The notes under the pieces were generated by a model, which saw nothing but the letters and a program-made list of their open reading frames with translations, ran no database searches and was not told the origin of the DNA. Positions 1-21,000 of a DNA stretch of 64,000 bases are shown here, piece by piece. The stretch lies in contig OZ024741.1 in NCBI GenBank assembly GCA_964016885.1, positions 229,400,001 to 229,464,000 of the forward strand, written 5' to 3'. This DNA is from Eledone cirrhosa. Lineage: Eukaryota. Within the stretch, counting starts at the first letter, position 1, and every line of letters starts with the position of its first letter. The position numbers and the translations under genes were made by a program.

Positions 1-3000
1 ACACCAGACTGATACACTTACGCATCAGACTGATATACATACACACCAGAGTGATACACATACACACCAGACTGATTCACATACACACCAGCCTGATACA
101 CATACACACCAGACTGATATACATACACACCAGACTGATATACATACACACCAGACTGATACACATACACACCAGACTGATACACATACACACCAGACTG
201 ATATATATATACACACCAGGCTGATATACATACACACCAGACTGATACACATACACACCAGACTGATACACATACACACCTGACTGATACACATACACAC
301 CAGACTGATACACATACACACCAGACTAATATACATACACACCAGACTGATACACATACACACCAGACTGATTCACATACACACCAGACTGATACACATA
401 CACACAAGACTGATACACATACACACCAGACTGATATACACACACACCATACTGATACACATACACACCAGACTGATATACATACACACCAGACTGATAT
501 AAATACACACCAGACTGATACACATACACACCAGACTGACACACATACACACCAGACTGATATACATACACACCAGACTGATACACATACACACCAGACT
601 GATACACATACACACCAGACTGATATACATACACACCAGACTGATATACATACACACCAGACTGATACACATACACACCAGACTGATTCACATCCACACC
701 AGACTGATACACATACACACCAGACTGATACACATACACACCAGACTGATATACACACACACCATACTGATACACATACACACCAGACTGATATACATAC
801 ACACCAGACTGATATAAATACACACCAGACTGATACACATACACACCAGACTGATACACATACACACCAGACTGATATACATACACACCAGACTGATACA
901 CATACACACCAGACTGATATATATACACACCAGACTGATACACATACACACCAGACTGATATACATACACACCAGACTGATACACATACACACCAGACTG
1001 ATACACATACACACCAGACTGATATACATACACACCAGACTGATACACATACACACCAGACTGATTCACATACACACCAGACTGATATACATACACATCA
1101 GACTGATACACATACACACCAGACTGATACACATACACACCAGACTGATACACATACACACCAGACTGATATGCATACACACCAGACTGATACAAACACA
1201 CACCACACTGATACACATACACACCAGACTGATACACATACACACCAGACTGATATACATACACACCAGACTGATACACATACGCATCAGACTGATATAC
1301 ATACACACCAGAGTGACACACATACACACCAGACTGATTCACATACACACCAGCCTGATACACATACACACCAGACTGATATACATACACACCAGACTGA
1401 TATACATACACACCAGACTGATACACATACACACCAGACTGATACACATACACACCAGACTGATATATATATACACACCAGGCTGATATACATACACACC
1501 AGACTGATATACATACACACCAGACTGATACACATACACACCAGACTGATTCACATACACACCAGACTGATACACATACACACAAGACTGATACACATAC
1601 ACACCAGACTGATTCACATACACACCAGACTGATATACATACACACCAGACTGATATACATATACACCAGACTGATATACATACACACTAGACTGATACA
1701 CATACACACCAGACTGATATACATACACACCAGACTGATATACATACACACCAGACTGATACACATACACACCAGACTGATACACATACACACCAGACTG
1801 ATATATATATACACACCAGACTGATATACATACACACCAGACTGATATACATACACACCAGACTGATACACATACACACCAGACTGATTCACATACACAC
1901 CAGACTGATACACATACACACCAGACTGATACACATACACACCAGACTGATTCACATACACACCAGACTGATATACATACACACCAGACTGATAAACATA
2001 CACACCAGACAGATACACATACACACCAGACTGATTCACATACACACCAGACTGATACACATACACACCAGACTGATATACACACACACCATACTGATAC
2101 ACATACACACCAGACTGATATACATACACACCAGACTGATATAAATACACACCAGACTGATACACATACACACCAGACTGACACACATACACACCAGACT
2201 GATATACATACACACCAGACTGATACACATACACACCAGACTGATACACATACACACCAGACTGATATACATACACACCAGACTGATATACATACACACC
2301 AGACTGATACACATACACACCAGACTGATTCACATACACACCAGACTGATACACATACACACCAGACTGATACACATACACACCAGACTGATATACACAC
2401 ACACCATACTGATACACATACACACCAGACTGATATACATACACACCAGACTGATATAAATACACACCAGACTGATACACATACACACCAGACTGATACA
2501 CATACACACCAGACTGATATACATACACACCAGACTGATACACATACACACCAGACTGATATATATACACACCAGACTGATACACATACACACCAGACTG
2601 ATATACATACACACCAGACTGATACACATACACACCAGACTGATACACATACACACCAGACTGATATACATACACACCAGACTGATACACATACACACCA
2701 GACTGATTCACATACACACCAGACTGATATACATACACATCAGACTGATACACATACACACCAGACTGATACACATACACACCAGACTGATACACATACA
2801 CACCAGACTGATATGCATACACACCAGACTGATACAAACACACACCACACTGATACACATACACACCAGACTGATATGCATACACCCCACACTGATACAA
2901 ATACACACCAGACTGATATACATACACACCAGACTGATACACATACACACCAGACTGATATACACACACACCGGATTGATATACAAACACACCAGACTGA

Positions 3001-6000
3001 TACACATACACACCAGACTGATTCACATACACACCAGACTGACGTACATACACACCAGACTGATATACATACACACCAGACTGATACACATACACACCAG
3101 ACTGATACACATACACACCAGACTGATACATATACACACCAGACTGATACACATACACACCAGACTAATATACATACACACCAGACTGATACACATACAC
3201 ACCAGACTGATATACATACACACCAGACTGATATACATACACACCAGACTGATACACATACACACCAGACTGATACACATACACACCTGACTGATACACA
3301 TACACACCAGACTGATACACATACACACCAGACTAATATACATACACACCAGACTGATACACATACACACCAGACTGATATACATACACACCAGACTGAT
3401 ACACATACACACCAGACTGATACACATACACACCAGACTGATACACATACAGACCAGACTGATATACATACACACCAGACTGATACACATACACACCAGA
3501 CTGATATACATACACACCAGAGTGATACACATACACACCAGACTGATACACATACACAGCAGTCTGATACAGATACACACCAGACTGATACACATACACA
3601 CCAGACTGATATACATACACACCAGACTGATACACATACGCATCAGACTGATATACATACACACCAGAGTGATACACATACACACCAGACTGATTCACAT
3701 ACACACCAGCCTGATACACATACACACCAGACTGATATACATACACACCAGACTGATATACATACACACCAGACTGATACACATACACACCAGACTGATA
3801 CACATACACACCAGACTGATATATATATACACACCAGGCTGATATACATACACACCAGACTGATACACATACACTCCAGACTGATACACATACACGCCTG
3901 ACTGATACACATACACACCAGACTGATACACATACACACCAGACTAATATACATACACACCAGACTGATACACATACACACCAGACTGATTTACATACAC
4001 ACCAGACTGATACACATACACACAAGACTGATACACATACACACCAGACTGATATACACACACACCATACTGATACACATACACACCAGACTGATATACA
4101 TACACACCAGACTGATATAAATACACACCAGACTGATACACATACACACCAGACTGACACACATACACACCAGACTGATATACATACACACCAGACTGAT
4201 ACACATACACACCAGACTGATACACATACACACCAGACTGATATACATACACACCAGACTGATATACATACACACCAGACTGATACACATACACACCAGA
4301 CTGATTCACATACACACCAGACTGATACACATACACACCAGACTGATACACATACACACCAGACTGATATACACACACACCATACTGATACACATACACA
4401 CCAGACTGATATACATACACACCAGACTGATATAAATACACACCAGACTGATACACATACACACCAGACTGATACACATACACACCAGACTGATATACAT
4501 ACACACCAGACTGATACACATACACACCAGACTGATATATATACACACCAGACTGATACACATACACACCAGACTGATATACATACACACCAGACTGATA
4601 CACATACACACCAGACTGATACACATACACACCAGACTGATATACATACACACCAGACTGATACACATACACACCAGACTGATTCACATACACACCAGAC
4701 TGATATACATACACATCAGACTGATACACATACACACCAGACTGATACACATACACACCAGACTGATACACATACACACCAGACTGATATGCATACACAC
4801 CAGACTGATACAAACACACACCACACTGATACACATACACACCAGACTGATATGCATACACCCCACACTGATACAAATACACACCAGACTGATATACATA
4901 CACACCAGACTGATACACATACACACCAGACTGATATACACACACACCGGATTGATATACAAACACACCAGACTGATACACATACACACCAGACTGATTC
5001 ACATACACACCAGACTGACGTACATACACACCAGACTGATATACATACACACCAGACTGATACACATACACACCAGACTGATACACATACACACCAGACT
5101 GATACATATACACACCAGACTGATACACATACACACCAGACTAATATACATACACACCAGACTGATACACATACACACCAGACTGATATACATACACACC
5201 AGACTGATATACATACACACCAGACTGATACACATACACACCAGACTGATACACATACACACATGACTGATACACATACACACCAGACTGATACACATAC
5301 ACACCAGACTAATATACATACACACCAGACTGATACACATACACACCAGACTGATATACATACACACCAGACTGATACACATACACACCAGACTGATACA
5401 CATACACACCAGACTGATACACATACAGACCAGACTGATATACATACACACCAGACTGATACACATACACACCAGACTGATATACATACACACCAGAGTG
5501 ATACACATACACACCAGACTGATACACATACACAGCAGTCTGATACAGATACACACCAGACTGATACACATGCACACCAGACTGATATACATACACACCA
5601 GACTGATACACATACGCATCAGACTGATATACACACACACCAGAGTGATACACATACACACCAGACTGATTCACATACACACCAGCCTGATACACATACA
5701 CACCAGACTGATATACATACACACCAGACTGATATACATACACACCAGACTGATACACATACACACCAGACTGATACACATACACACCAGACTGATATAT
5801 ATATACACACCAGGCTGATATACATACACACCAGACTGATACACATACACACCAGACTGATACACATACACACCTGACTGATACACATACACACCAGACT
5901 GATACACATACACACCAGACTAATATACATACACACCAGACTGATACACATACACACCAGACTGATTCACATACACACCAGACTGATACACATACACACA

Positions 6001-9000
6001 AGACTGATACACATACACACCAGACTGATATACACACACACCATACTGATACACATACACACCAGACTGATATACATACACACCAGACTGATATAAATAC
6101 ACACCAGACTGATACACATACACACCAGACTGACACACATACACACCAGACTGATATACATACACACCAGACTGATACACATACACACCAGACTGATACA
6201 CATACACACCAGACTGATATACATACACACCAGACTGATATACATACACACCAGACTGATACACATACACACCAGACTGATTCACATACACACCAGACTG
6301 ATACACATACACACCAGACTGATACACATACACACCAGACTGATATACACACACACCATACTGATACACATACACACCAGACTGATATACATACACACCA
6401 GACTGATATAAATACACACCAGACTGATACACATACACACCAGACTGATACACATACACACCAGACTGATATACATACACACCAGACTGATACACATACA
6501 CACCAGACTGATATATATACACACCAGACTGATACACATACACACCAGACTGATATACATACACACCAGACTGATACACATACACACCAGACTGATACAC
6601 ATACACACCAGACTGATATACATACACACCAGACTGATACACATACACACCAGACTGATTCACATACACACCAGACTGATATACATACACATCAGACTGA
6701 TACACATACACACCAGACTGATACACATACACACCAGACTGATACACATACACACCAGACTGATATGCATACACACCAGACTGATACAAACACACACCAC
6801 ACTGATACACATACACACCAGACTGATATGCATACACCCCACACTGATACAAATACACACCAGACTGATATACATACACACCAGACTGATACACATACAC
6901 ACCAGACTGATATACACACACACCGGATTGATATACAAACACCCCAGACTGATACACATACACACCAGACTGATTCACATACACACCAGACTGACGTACA
7001 TACACACCAGACTGATATACATACACACCAGACTGATACACATACACACCAGACTGATACACATACACACCAGACTGATACATATACACACCAGACTGAT
7101 ACACATACACACCAGACTAATATACATACACACCAGACTGATACACATACACACCAGACTGATATACATACACACCAGACTGATATACATACACACCAGA
7201 CTGATACACATACACACCAGACTGATACACATACACACCTGACTGATACACATACACACCAGACTGATACACATACACACCAGACTAATATACATACACA
7301 CCAGACTGATACACATACACACCAGACTGATATACATACACACCAGACTGATACACATACACACCTGACTGATACACATACACACCAGACTGATACACAT
7401 ACAGACCAGACTGATATACATACACACCAGACTGATACACATACACACCTGACTGATACACATACACACCAGACTGATACACATACACACCAGACTAATA
7501 TACATACACACCAGACTGATACACATACACACCAGACTGATTCACATACACACCAGACTGATACACATACACACAAGACTGATACACATACACACCAGAC
7601 TGATTCACATACACACCAGACTGATATACATACACACCAGACTGATATACATATACACCAGACTGATATACATACACACTAGACTGATACACATACACAC
7701 CAGACTGATATACATACACACCAGACTGATATACATACACACCAGACTGATACACATACACACCAGACTGATACACATACACACCAGACTGATATATATA
7801 TACACACCAGACTGATATACATACACACCAGACTGATATACATACACACCAGACTGATACACATACACACCAGACTGATTCACATACACACCAGACTGAT
7901 ACACATACACACCAGACTGATACACATACACACCAGACTGATTCACATACACACCAGACTGATATACATACACACCAGACTGATACACATACACACCAGA
8001 CAGATACACATACACACCAGACTGATTCACATACACACCAGACTGATACACATACACACCAGACTGATATACATACACACCAGACTGATATACATACACA
8101 CCAGACTGATACACATACACACCAGACTGATTCACATACACACCAGACTGATACACATACACACCAGACTGATACACATACACACCAGACTGATATACAC
8201 ACACACCATACTGATACACATACACACCAGACTGATATACATACACACCAGACTGATATAAATACACACCAGACTGATACACATACACACCAGACTGACA
8301 CACATACACACCAGACTGATATACATACACACCAGACTGATACACATACACACCAGACTGATACACATACACACCAGACTGATATACATACACACCAGAC
8401 TGATATACATACACACCAGACTGATACACATACACACCAGACTGATTCACATACACACCAGACTGATACACATACACACCAGACTGATACACATACACAC
8501 CAGACTGATATACACACACACCATACTGATACACATACACACCAGACTGATATACATACACACCAGACTGATATAAATACACACCAGACTGATACACATA
8601 CACACCAGACTGATACACATACACACCAGACTGATATACATACACACCAGACTGATACACATACACACCAGACTGATACACATACACACCAGACTGATAT
8701 ATATACACACCAGACTGATACACGTACACACCAGACTGATACACATACACACCAGACTGATACACTTACACACCAGACTGATACACATACACACCAGACT
8801 GATACATATACACACCAGAATGTACACATACACACCAGACTGATATACATACACACCAGACTGATACACGTACACACCAGACTGATACACATACACACCA
8901 GACTGATACATATACACACCAGAATGTACACATACACACCAGACTGATACACATACACACCAGACTGATACACATACACACCAGACTGATACACATACAC

Positions 9001-12000
9001 ACCAGACTGATACACGTACACACCAGATTGATACACATACACACCAGACTGATATACATACACACCAGACTGATACACATACACACCAGACTAATATACA
9101 TACACACCAGACTGATACACATACACTCCAGACTGATACACATACACACCAGACTGATATACATACACACCAGACTGATATACATACACATCAGACTGAT
9201 ATACATACACACCAGACTGATACACATACACACCAGACTGATACACATACACACCAGACTGATACACATACACACCAGACTGATACACATACACACCAGA
9301 CTGATATAGATACACACCAGACTGATATACATACACACCAGACTGATACACATACACACCAGACTGATATACATACACACCAGACTGATACACATACACA
9401 CCAGACTGATATACATACACACCAGACTGATATACATACACACCAGACTGATATACATATACACCAGACTGATACACATACACACCAGACTTATACACAT
9501 ACACACCAGACTGATTCACATACACACCAGACTGATACACATACACACAAGACTGATACACATACACACAAGACTGATACACATACACACCAGACTGATA
9601 CACATACACACCAGACTGATATACACAGACACCATACTGATACACATACACACCAGACTGATATACATACACACCAGACTGATATAAATACACACCAGAC
9701 TGATACACATACACACCAGACTGATACACATACACACCAGACTGATATACATACACACCAGACTGATACACATACACACCAGACTGATACACATACACAC
9801 CAGACTGATATACATACACACCAGACTGATACACATACACACCAGACTGATTCACATACACACCAGACTGATATACATACACATCAGACTGATACACATA
9901 CACACCAGACTGATACACATACACACCAGACTGATACACATACACACCAGACTGATATGCATACACACCAGACTGATACAAACACACACCAGACTGATAC
10001 ACATACACACCAGACTGATATGCATACACCCCACACTGATACAAATACACACCAGACTGATATACATACACACCAGACTGATACACATACACACCAGACT
10101 GATATACACACACACCGGATTGATATACAAACACACCAGACTGATACACATACACACCAGACTGATTCACATACACACCAGACTGACGTACATACACACC
10201 AGACTGATATACATACACACCAGACTGATACACATACACACCAGACTGATACACATACACACCAGACTGATACATATACACACCAGACTGATACACATAC
10301 ACACCAGACTAATATACATACACACCAGACTGATACACATACACACCAGACTGATATACATACACACCAGACTGATATACATACACACCAGACTGATACA
10401 CATACACACCAGACTGATACACATACACACCTGACTGATACACATACACACCAGACTGATACACATACACACCAGACTAATATACATACACACCAGACTG
10501 ATACACATACACACCAGACTGATATACATACACACCAGACTGATACACATACACACCAGACTGATACACATACACACCAGACTGATACACATACAGACCA
10601 GACTGATATACATACACACCAGACTGATACACATACACACCAGACTGATATACATACACACCAGACTGATACACATACACACCAGACTGATATACATACA
10701 CACCAGACTGATATGCATACTCACCAGACTGATACACATACACACCAGACTGATACAAATACACACCAGACTGATACACATACACACCAGACTGATATCG
10801 ATACACACCAGACTGATACACATACACACCAGACTGATATACATACACACCAGAGTGATACACATACACACCAGACTGATACACATACACACCAGTCTGA
10901 TACAGATACACACCAGACTGATACACATACACACCAGACTGATACACATACACACCAGACTGATACACATACACATCAGACTGATATACATACACACCAA
11001 ACTGATATACACACACACCAGACTGATACACATACACACCAGACTGATACACACACACACCAGACTGATACACATACACATCAGACTGATATACACACAC
11101 ACCAGACTGATATACATACACACCAGATTGATATACATACACACCAGACTGATACACATACACATCAGACTGATATACATACACATCAGACTGATTCACA
11201 TACACACCAGACTGATACACATACACACAAGACTGATACACATACACACCAGACTGATATACATACACACCAGAATGATACATATACACACCAGACTGAT
11301 ACATATACACACCAGACTGATACACATACACACCAGACTGATATACATACACACCAGACTGATACACATACACACCAGACTGATACACATACACACCAGA
11401 CTGATATATATATACACACCAGACTGATATACATACACACCAGACTGATACACATACACACCAGACTGATACACATACACACCAGACTGATTCACATACA
11501 CACCAGACTATTACACACACACACCAGACTGATATACGTACACACCAGACTGATACACATACACACCAGACTGATATACATACACACCAGACTGATACAC
11601 ATACACACCAGACTGATTCACATACACACCAGCCTGATACACATACACACCAGACTGATACATATACACACCAGACTGATACACATACACACCAGACTGA
11701 TACACATACACACCAGACTGATACATATACACACCAGACTGATACACATACACACCAGACTGATATAAATACACACCAGACTGATACACATACGCACCAG
11801 ACTGATTTACATACACACCAGACTGATACACATACACACCAGACTAATACACATACACACCAGCCTGATACACATACACACCAGACTGATATACATACAC
11901 AGCAGACTGATATACATACACACCAGACTGATACACATACACACCAGACTGATACACATACACACCAGACTGATATATATATACACACCAGGCTGATATA

Positions 12001-15000
12001 CATACACACCAGACTGATATACATACACACCAGACTGATACACATACACACCAGACTGATTCACATACACACCAGACTGATACACATACACACAAGACTG
12101 ATACACATACACACCAGACTGATTCACATACACACCAGACTGATATACATACACACCAGACTGATATACATATACACCAGACTGATATACATACACACTA
12201 GACTGATACACATACACACCAGACTGATATACATACACACCAGACTGATATACATACACACCAGACTGATACACATACACACCAGACTGATACACATACA
12301 CACCAGACTGATATATATATACACACCAGACTGATATACATACACACCAGACTGATATACATACACACCAGACTGATACACATACACACCAGACTGATTC
12401 ACATACAGACCAGACTGATTCACATACACACCAGACTGATATACATACACACCAGACTGATACACATACACACCAGACTGATACACATACACACCAGACT
12501 GATTCACATACACACCAGACTGATATACATACACACCAGACTGATACACATACACACCAGACAGATACACATACACACCAGACTGCTTCACATACACACC
12601 AGACTGATACACATACACACCAGACTGATATACATACACACCAGACTGATATACATACACACCAGACTGATACACATACACACCAGACTGATTCACATAC
12701 ACACCAGACTGATTCACATACACACCAGACTGATATACATACACACCAGACTGATACACATACACACCAGACTGATACACATACACACCAGACTGATTCA
12801 CATACACACCAGACTGATATACATACACACCAGACTGATACACATACACACCAGACAGATACACATACACACCAGACTGCTTCACATACACACCAGACTG
12901 ATACACATACACACCAGACTGATACACATACACACCAGACTGATACACATACACACCAGACTGATATACACACACACCATACTGATACACATACACACCA
13001 GACTGATATACATACACACCAGACTGATATAAATACACACCAGACTGATACACATACACACCAGACTGATACACATACACACCAGACTGATATACATACA
13101 CACCAGACTGATACACATACACACCAGACTGATACACATACACACCAGACTGATATACATACACACCAGACTGATACACATACACACCAGACTGATTCAC
13201 ATACACACCAGACTGATATACATACACATCAGACTGATACACATACACACCAGACTGATACACATACACACCAGACTGATACACATACACACCAGACTGA
13301 TATGCATACACACCAGACTGATACAAATACACACCAGACTGATACAAATACACACCAGACTGATATGCATACACCCCACACTGATACAAATACACACCAG
13401 ACTGATATACATACACACCAGACTGATACACATACACACCAGACTGATATACACACACACCGGATTGATATACAAACACACCAGACTGATACACATACAC
13501 ACCAGACTGATTCACATACACACCAGACTGACGTACATACACACCAGACTGATATACATACACACCAGACTGATACACATACACACCAGACTGATACACA
13601 TACACACCAGACTGATACACATACACACCAGACTGATACATATACACACCAGACTGATACACATACACACCAGACTAATATACATACACACCAGACTGAT
13701 ACACATACACACCAGACTGATATACATACACACCAGACTGATATACATACACACCAGACTGATACACATACACACCAGACTGATACACATACACACCTGA
13801 CTGATACACATACACACCAGACTGATACACATACACACCAGACTAATATACATACACACCAGACTGATACACATACACACCAGACTGATATACATACACA
13901 CCAGACTGATACACATACACACCAGACTGATACACATACACACCAGACTGATACACATACAGACCAGACTGATATACATACACACCAGACTGATACACAT
14001 ACACACCAGACTGATATACATACACACCGGACTGATACACATACACACCAGACTGATATACATACACACCAGACTGATATGCATACTCACCAGACTGATA
14101 CACATACACACCAGACTGATACAAATACACACCAGACTGATATCGATACACACCAGACTGATACACATACACACCAGACTGATATACATACACACCAGAG
14201 TGATACACATACACACCAGACTGATACACATACACACCAGTCTGATACAGATACACACCAGACTGATACACATACACACCAGACTGATACACATACACAC
14301 CAGACTGATACACATACACATCAGACTGATATACATACACACCAAACTTATATACACACACACCAGACTGATACACATACACACCAGACTGATACACACA
14401 CACACCAGACTGATACACATACACATCAGACTGATATACACACACACCAGACTGATATACATACACACCAGACTGATATACATACACACCAGACTGATAC
14501 ACATACACATCAGACTGATATACATACACATCAGACTGATTCACATACACACCAGACTGATACACATACACACAAGACTGATACACATACACACCAGACT
14601 GATATACATACACACCAGAATGATACATATACACACCAGACTGATACATATACACACCAGACTGATAAACATACACACCAGACTGATACACATACACACC
14701 AGACTGATATATATATACACACCAGACTGATATACATACACACCAGACTGATACACATACACACCAGACTGATACACATACACACCAGACTGATATATAT
14801 ATACACACCAGACTGATATACATACACACCAGACTGATACACATACACACCAGACTGATACACATACACACCAGACTGATTCACATACACACCAGACTGA
14901 TACACACACACACCAGACTGATATACATACACACCAGACTGATACACATACACACCAGACTGATACACATACACACCAGACTGATATATATACACACGAG

Positions 15001-18000
15001 ACTGATATACATACACACCAGACTGATACACATACACACCAGACTGATATATATACACACCAGACTGATACACGTACACACCAGACTGATACACATACAC
15101 ACCAGACTGATATACATACACACCAGACTGATACACATACACACCAGACTGATTCACATACACACCAGCCTGATACACATACACACCAGACTGATACATA
15201 TACACACCAGACTGATACACATACACACCAGACTGATACACATACACACCAGACTGATACATATACACACCACACTGATATACATACACACCAGACTGAT
15301 ACACATACGCACCAGACTGATATACATACACACCAGAGTGATACACATACACACCAGACTGATTCACATACACACCACCCTGATACACATACACACCAGA
15401 ATGATATACATACACACCAGACTGATATACATACACACCAGACTGATACACATACACACCAGACTGATACACATACACACCAGACTGATATATATATACA
15501 CACCAGGCTGATACACATACACACCAGACTGATATACATACACACCAGACTGATACACATACACACCAGACTGATTCACATACACACCAGACTGATACAC
15601 ATACACACAAGACTGATACACATACACACCAGACTGATTCACATACACACCAGACTGATATAAAATACACACCAGACTGATATACATATACACCAGACTG
15701 ATATACATACACACTAGACTGATACACATACACACCAGACTGATATACATACACACCAGACTGATATACATACACACCAGACTGATACACATACACACCA
15801 GACTGATACACATACACACCAGACTGATATATATATACACACCAGACTGATATACATACACACCAGACTGATATACATACACACCAGACTGATACACATA
15901 CACACCAGACTGATTCACATACACACCAGACTGATACACATACACACCAGACTGATACACATACACACCAGACTGATTCACATACACACCAGACTGATAT
16001 ACATACACACCAGACTGATACACATACACACCAGACAGATACACATACACACCAGACTGATTCACATACACACCAGACTGATACACATACACACCAGACT
16101 GATATACATACACACCAGACTGATATACATACACACCAGACTGATACACATACACACCAGACTGATACACATACACACCAGACTGATATACATACACACC
16201 AGACTGATACACATACACACCAGACTGATACAGATACACACCAGACTGATACACATACACACCAGACTGATACACATACACACCAGACAGATAGACGTAC
16301 ACACCAGACTGATACACATACACACCAGACTGATACATATACACACCAGAATGTACACATACACACCAGACTGATATACATACACACCAGACTGATACAC
16401 GTACACACCAGACTGATACACATACACACCAGACTGATACATATACACACCAGAATGTACACATACACACCAGACTGATACACATACACACCAGACTGAT
16501 ACACATACACACCAGACTGATACACATACACACCAGACTGATACACATACACACCAGACTGATACACATACACACCAGACTGATTCACATACACACCAGA
16601 CTGATATACATACACACCAGACTGATACACATACACACCAGACAGATACACATACACACCAGACTGCTTCACATACACACCAGACTGATACACATACACA
16701 CCAGACTGATATACATACACACCAGACTGATATACATACACACCAGACTGATACACATACACACCAGACTGATTCACATACACACCAGACTGATTCACAT
16801 ACACACCAGACTGATATACATACACACCAGACTGATACACATACACACCAGACTGATACACATACACACCAGACTGATTCACATACACACCAGACTGATA
16901 TACATACACACCAGACTGATACACATACACACCAGACAGATACACATACACACCAGACTGCTTCACATACACACCAGACTGATACACATACACACCAGAC
17001 TGATATACATACACACCAGACTGATATACATACACACCAGACTGATACACATACACACCAGACTGATTCACATACACACCAGACTGATTCACATACACAC
17101 CAGACTGATATACATACACACCAGACTGATACACATACACACCAGACTGATACACATACACACCAGACTGATTCACATACACACCAGACTGATATACATA
17201 CACACCAGACTGATACACATACACACCAGACAGATACACATACACACCAGACTGCTTCACATACACACCAGACTGATACACATACACACCAGACTGATAC
17301 ACATACACACCAGACTGATACACATACACACCAGACTGATATACACACACACCATACTGATACACATACACACCAGACTGATATACATACACACCAGACT
17401 GATATAAATACACACCAGACTGATACACATACACACCAGACTGATACACATACACACCAGACTGATATACATACACACCAGACTGATACACATACACACC
17501 AGACTGATACACATACACACCAGACTGATATACATACACACCAGACTGATACACATACACACCAGACTGATTCACATACACACCAGACTGATATACATAC
17601 ACATCAGACTGATACACATACACACCAGACTGATACACATACACACCAGACTGATACACATACACACCAGACTGATATGCATACACACCAGACTGATACA
17701 AATACACACCAGACTGATACAAATACACACCAGACTGATATGCATACACCCCACACTGATACAAATACACACCAGACTGATATACATACACACCAGACTG
17801 ATACACATACACACCAGACTGATATACACACACACCGGATTGATATACAAACACACCAGACTGATACACATACACACCAGACTGATTCACATACACACCA
17901 GACTGACGTACATACACACCAGACTGATATACATACACACCAGACTGATACACATACACACCAGACTGATACACATACACACCAGACTGATACACATACA

Positions 18001-21000
18001 CACCAGACTGATACATATACACACCAGACTGATACACATACACACCAGACTAATATACATACACACCAGACTGATACACATACACACCAGACTGATATAC
18101 ATACACACCAGACTGATATACATACACACCAGACTGATACACATACACACCAGACTGATACACATACACACCTGACTGATACACATACACACCAGACTGA
18201 TACACATACACACCAGACTAATATACATACACACCAGACTGATACACATACACACCAGACTGATATACATACACACCAGACTGATACACATACACACCAG
18301 ACTGATACACATACACACCAGACTGATACACATACAGACCAGACTGATATACATACACACCAGACTGATACACATACACACCAGACTGATATACATACAC
18401 ACCGGACTGATACACATACACACCAGACTGATATACATACACACCAGACTGATATGCATACTCACCAGACTGATACACATACACACCAGACTGATACAAA
18501 TACACACCAGACTGATACACATACACACCAGACTGATATCGATACACACCAGACTGATACACATACACACCAGACTGATATACATACACACCAGAGTGAT
18601 ACACATACACACCAGACTGATACACATACACACCAGTCTGATACAGATACACACCAGACTGATACACATACACACCAGACTGATACACATACACACCAGA
18701 CTGATACACATACACATCAGACTGATATACATACACACCAAACTTATATACACACACACCAGACTGATACACATACACACCAGACTGATACACACACACA
18801 CCAGACTGATACACATACACATCAGACTGATATACACACACACCAGACTGATATACATACACACCAGACTGATATACATACACACCAGACTGATACACAT
18901 ACACATCAGACTGATATACATACACATCAGACTGATTCACATACACACCAGACTGATACACATACACACAAGACTGATACACATACACACCAGACTGATA
19001 TACATACACACCAGAATGATACATATACACACCAGACTGATACATATACACACCAGACTGATAAACATACACACCAGACTGATACACATACACACCAGAC
19101 TGATATATATATACACACCAGACTGATATACATACACACCAGACTGATACACATACACACCAGACTGATACACATACACACCAGACTGATATATATATAC
19201 ACACCAGACTGATATACATACACACCAGACTGATACACATACACACCAGACTGATACACATACACACCAGACTGATTCACATACACACCAGACTGATACA
19301 CACACACACCAGACTGATATACATACACACCAGACTGATACACATACACACCAGACTGATACACATACACACCAGACTGATATATATACACACGAGACTG
19401 ATATACATACACACCAGACTGATACACATACACACCAGACTGATATATATACACACCAGACTGATACACGTACACACCAGACTGATACACATACACACCA
19501 GACTGATATACATACACACCAGACTGATACACATACACACCAGACTGATTCACATACACACCAGCCTGATACACATACACACCAGACTGATACATATACA
19601 CACCAGACTGATACACATACACACCAGACTGATACACATACACACCAGACTGATACATATACACACCACACTGATATACATACACACCAGACTGATACAC
19701 ATACGCACCAGACTGATATACATACACACCAGAGTGATACACATACACACCAGACTGATTCACATACACACCAGCCTGATACACATACACACCAGAATGA
19801 TATACATACACACCAGACTGATATACATACACACCAGACTGATACACATACACACCAGACTGATACACATACACACCAGACTGATATATATATACACACC
19901 AGGCTGATACACATACACACCAGACTGATATACATACACACCAGACTGATACACATACACACCAGACTGATTCACATACACACCAGACTGATACACATAC
20001 ACACAAGACTGATACACATACACACCAGACTGATTCACATACACACCAGACTGATATAAAATACACACCAGACTGATATACATATACACCAGACTGATAT
20101 ACATACACACTAGACTGATACACATACACACCAGACTGATATACATACACACCAGACTGATATACATACACACCAGACTGATACACATACACACCAGACT
20201 GATACACATACACACCAGACTGATATATATATACACACCAGACTGATATACATACACACCAGACTGATATACATACACACCAGACTGATACACATACACA
20301 CCAGACTGATTCACATACACACCAGACTGATACACATACACACCAGACTGATACACATACACACCAGACTGATTCACATACACACCAGACTGATATACAT
20401 ACACACCAGACTGATACACATACACACCAGACAGATACACATACACACCAGACTGATTCACATACACACCAGACTGATACACATACACACCAGACTGATA
20501 TACATACACACCAGACTGATATACATACACACCAGACTGATACACATACACACCAGACTGATACACATACACACCAGACTGATATACATACACACCAGAC
20601 TGATACACATACACACCAGACTGATACAGATACACACCAGACTGATACACATACACACCAGACTGATACACATACACACCAGACTGATAGACGTACACAC
20701 CAGACTGATACACATACACACCAGACTGATACATATACACACCAGAATGTACACATACACACCAGACTGATATACATACACACCAGACTGATACACGTAC
20801 ACACCAGACTGATACACATACACACCAGACTGATACATATACACACCAGAATGTACACATACACACCAGACTGATACACATACACACCAGACTGATACAC
20901 ATACACACCAGACTGATACACATACTCACCAGACTGATACACGTACACACCAGACTGATACACATACACACCAGACTGATATACATACACACCAGACTGA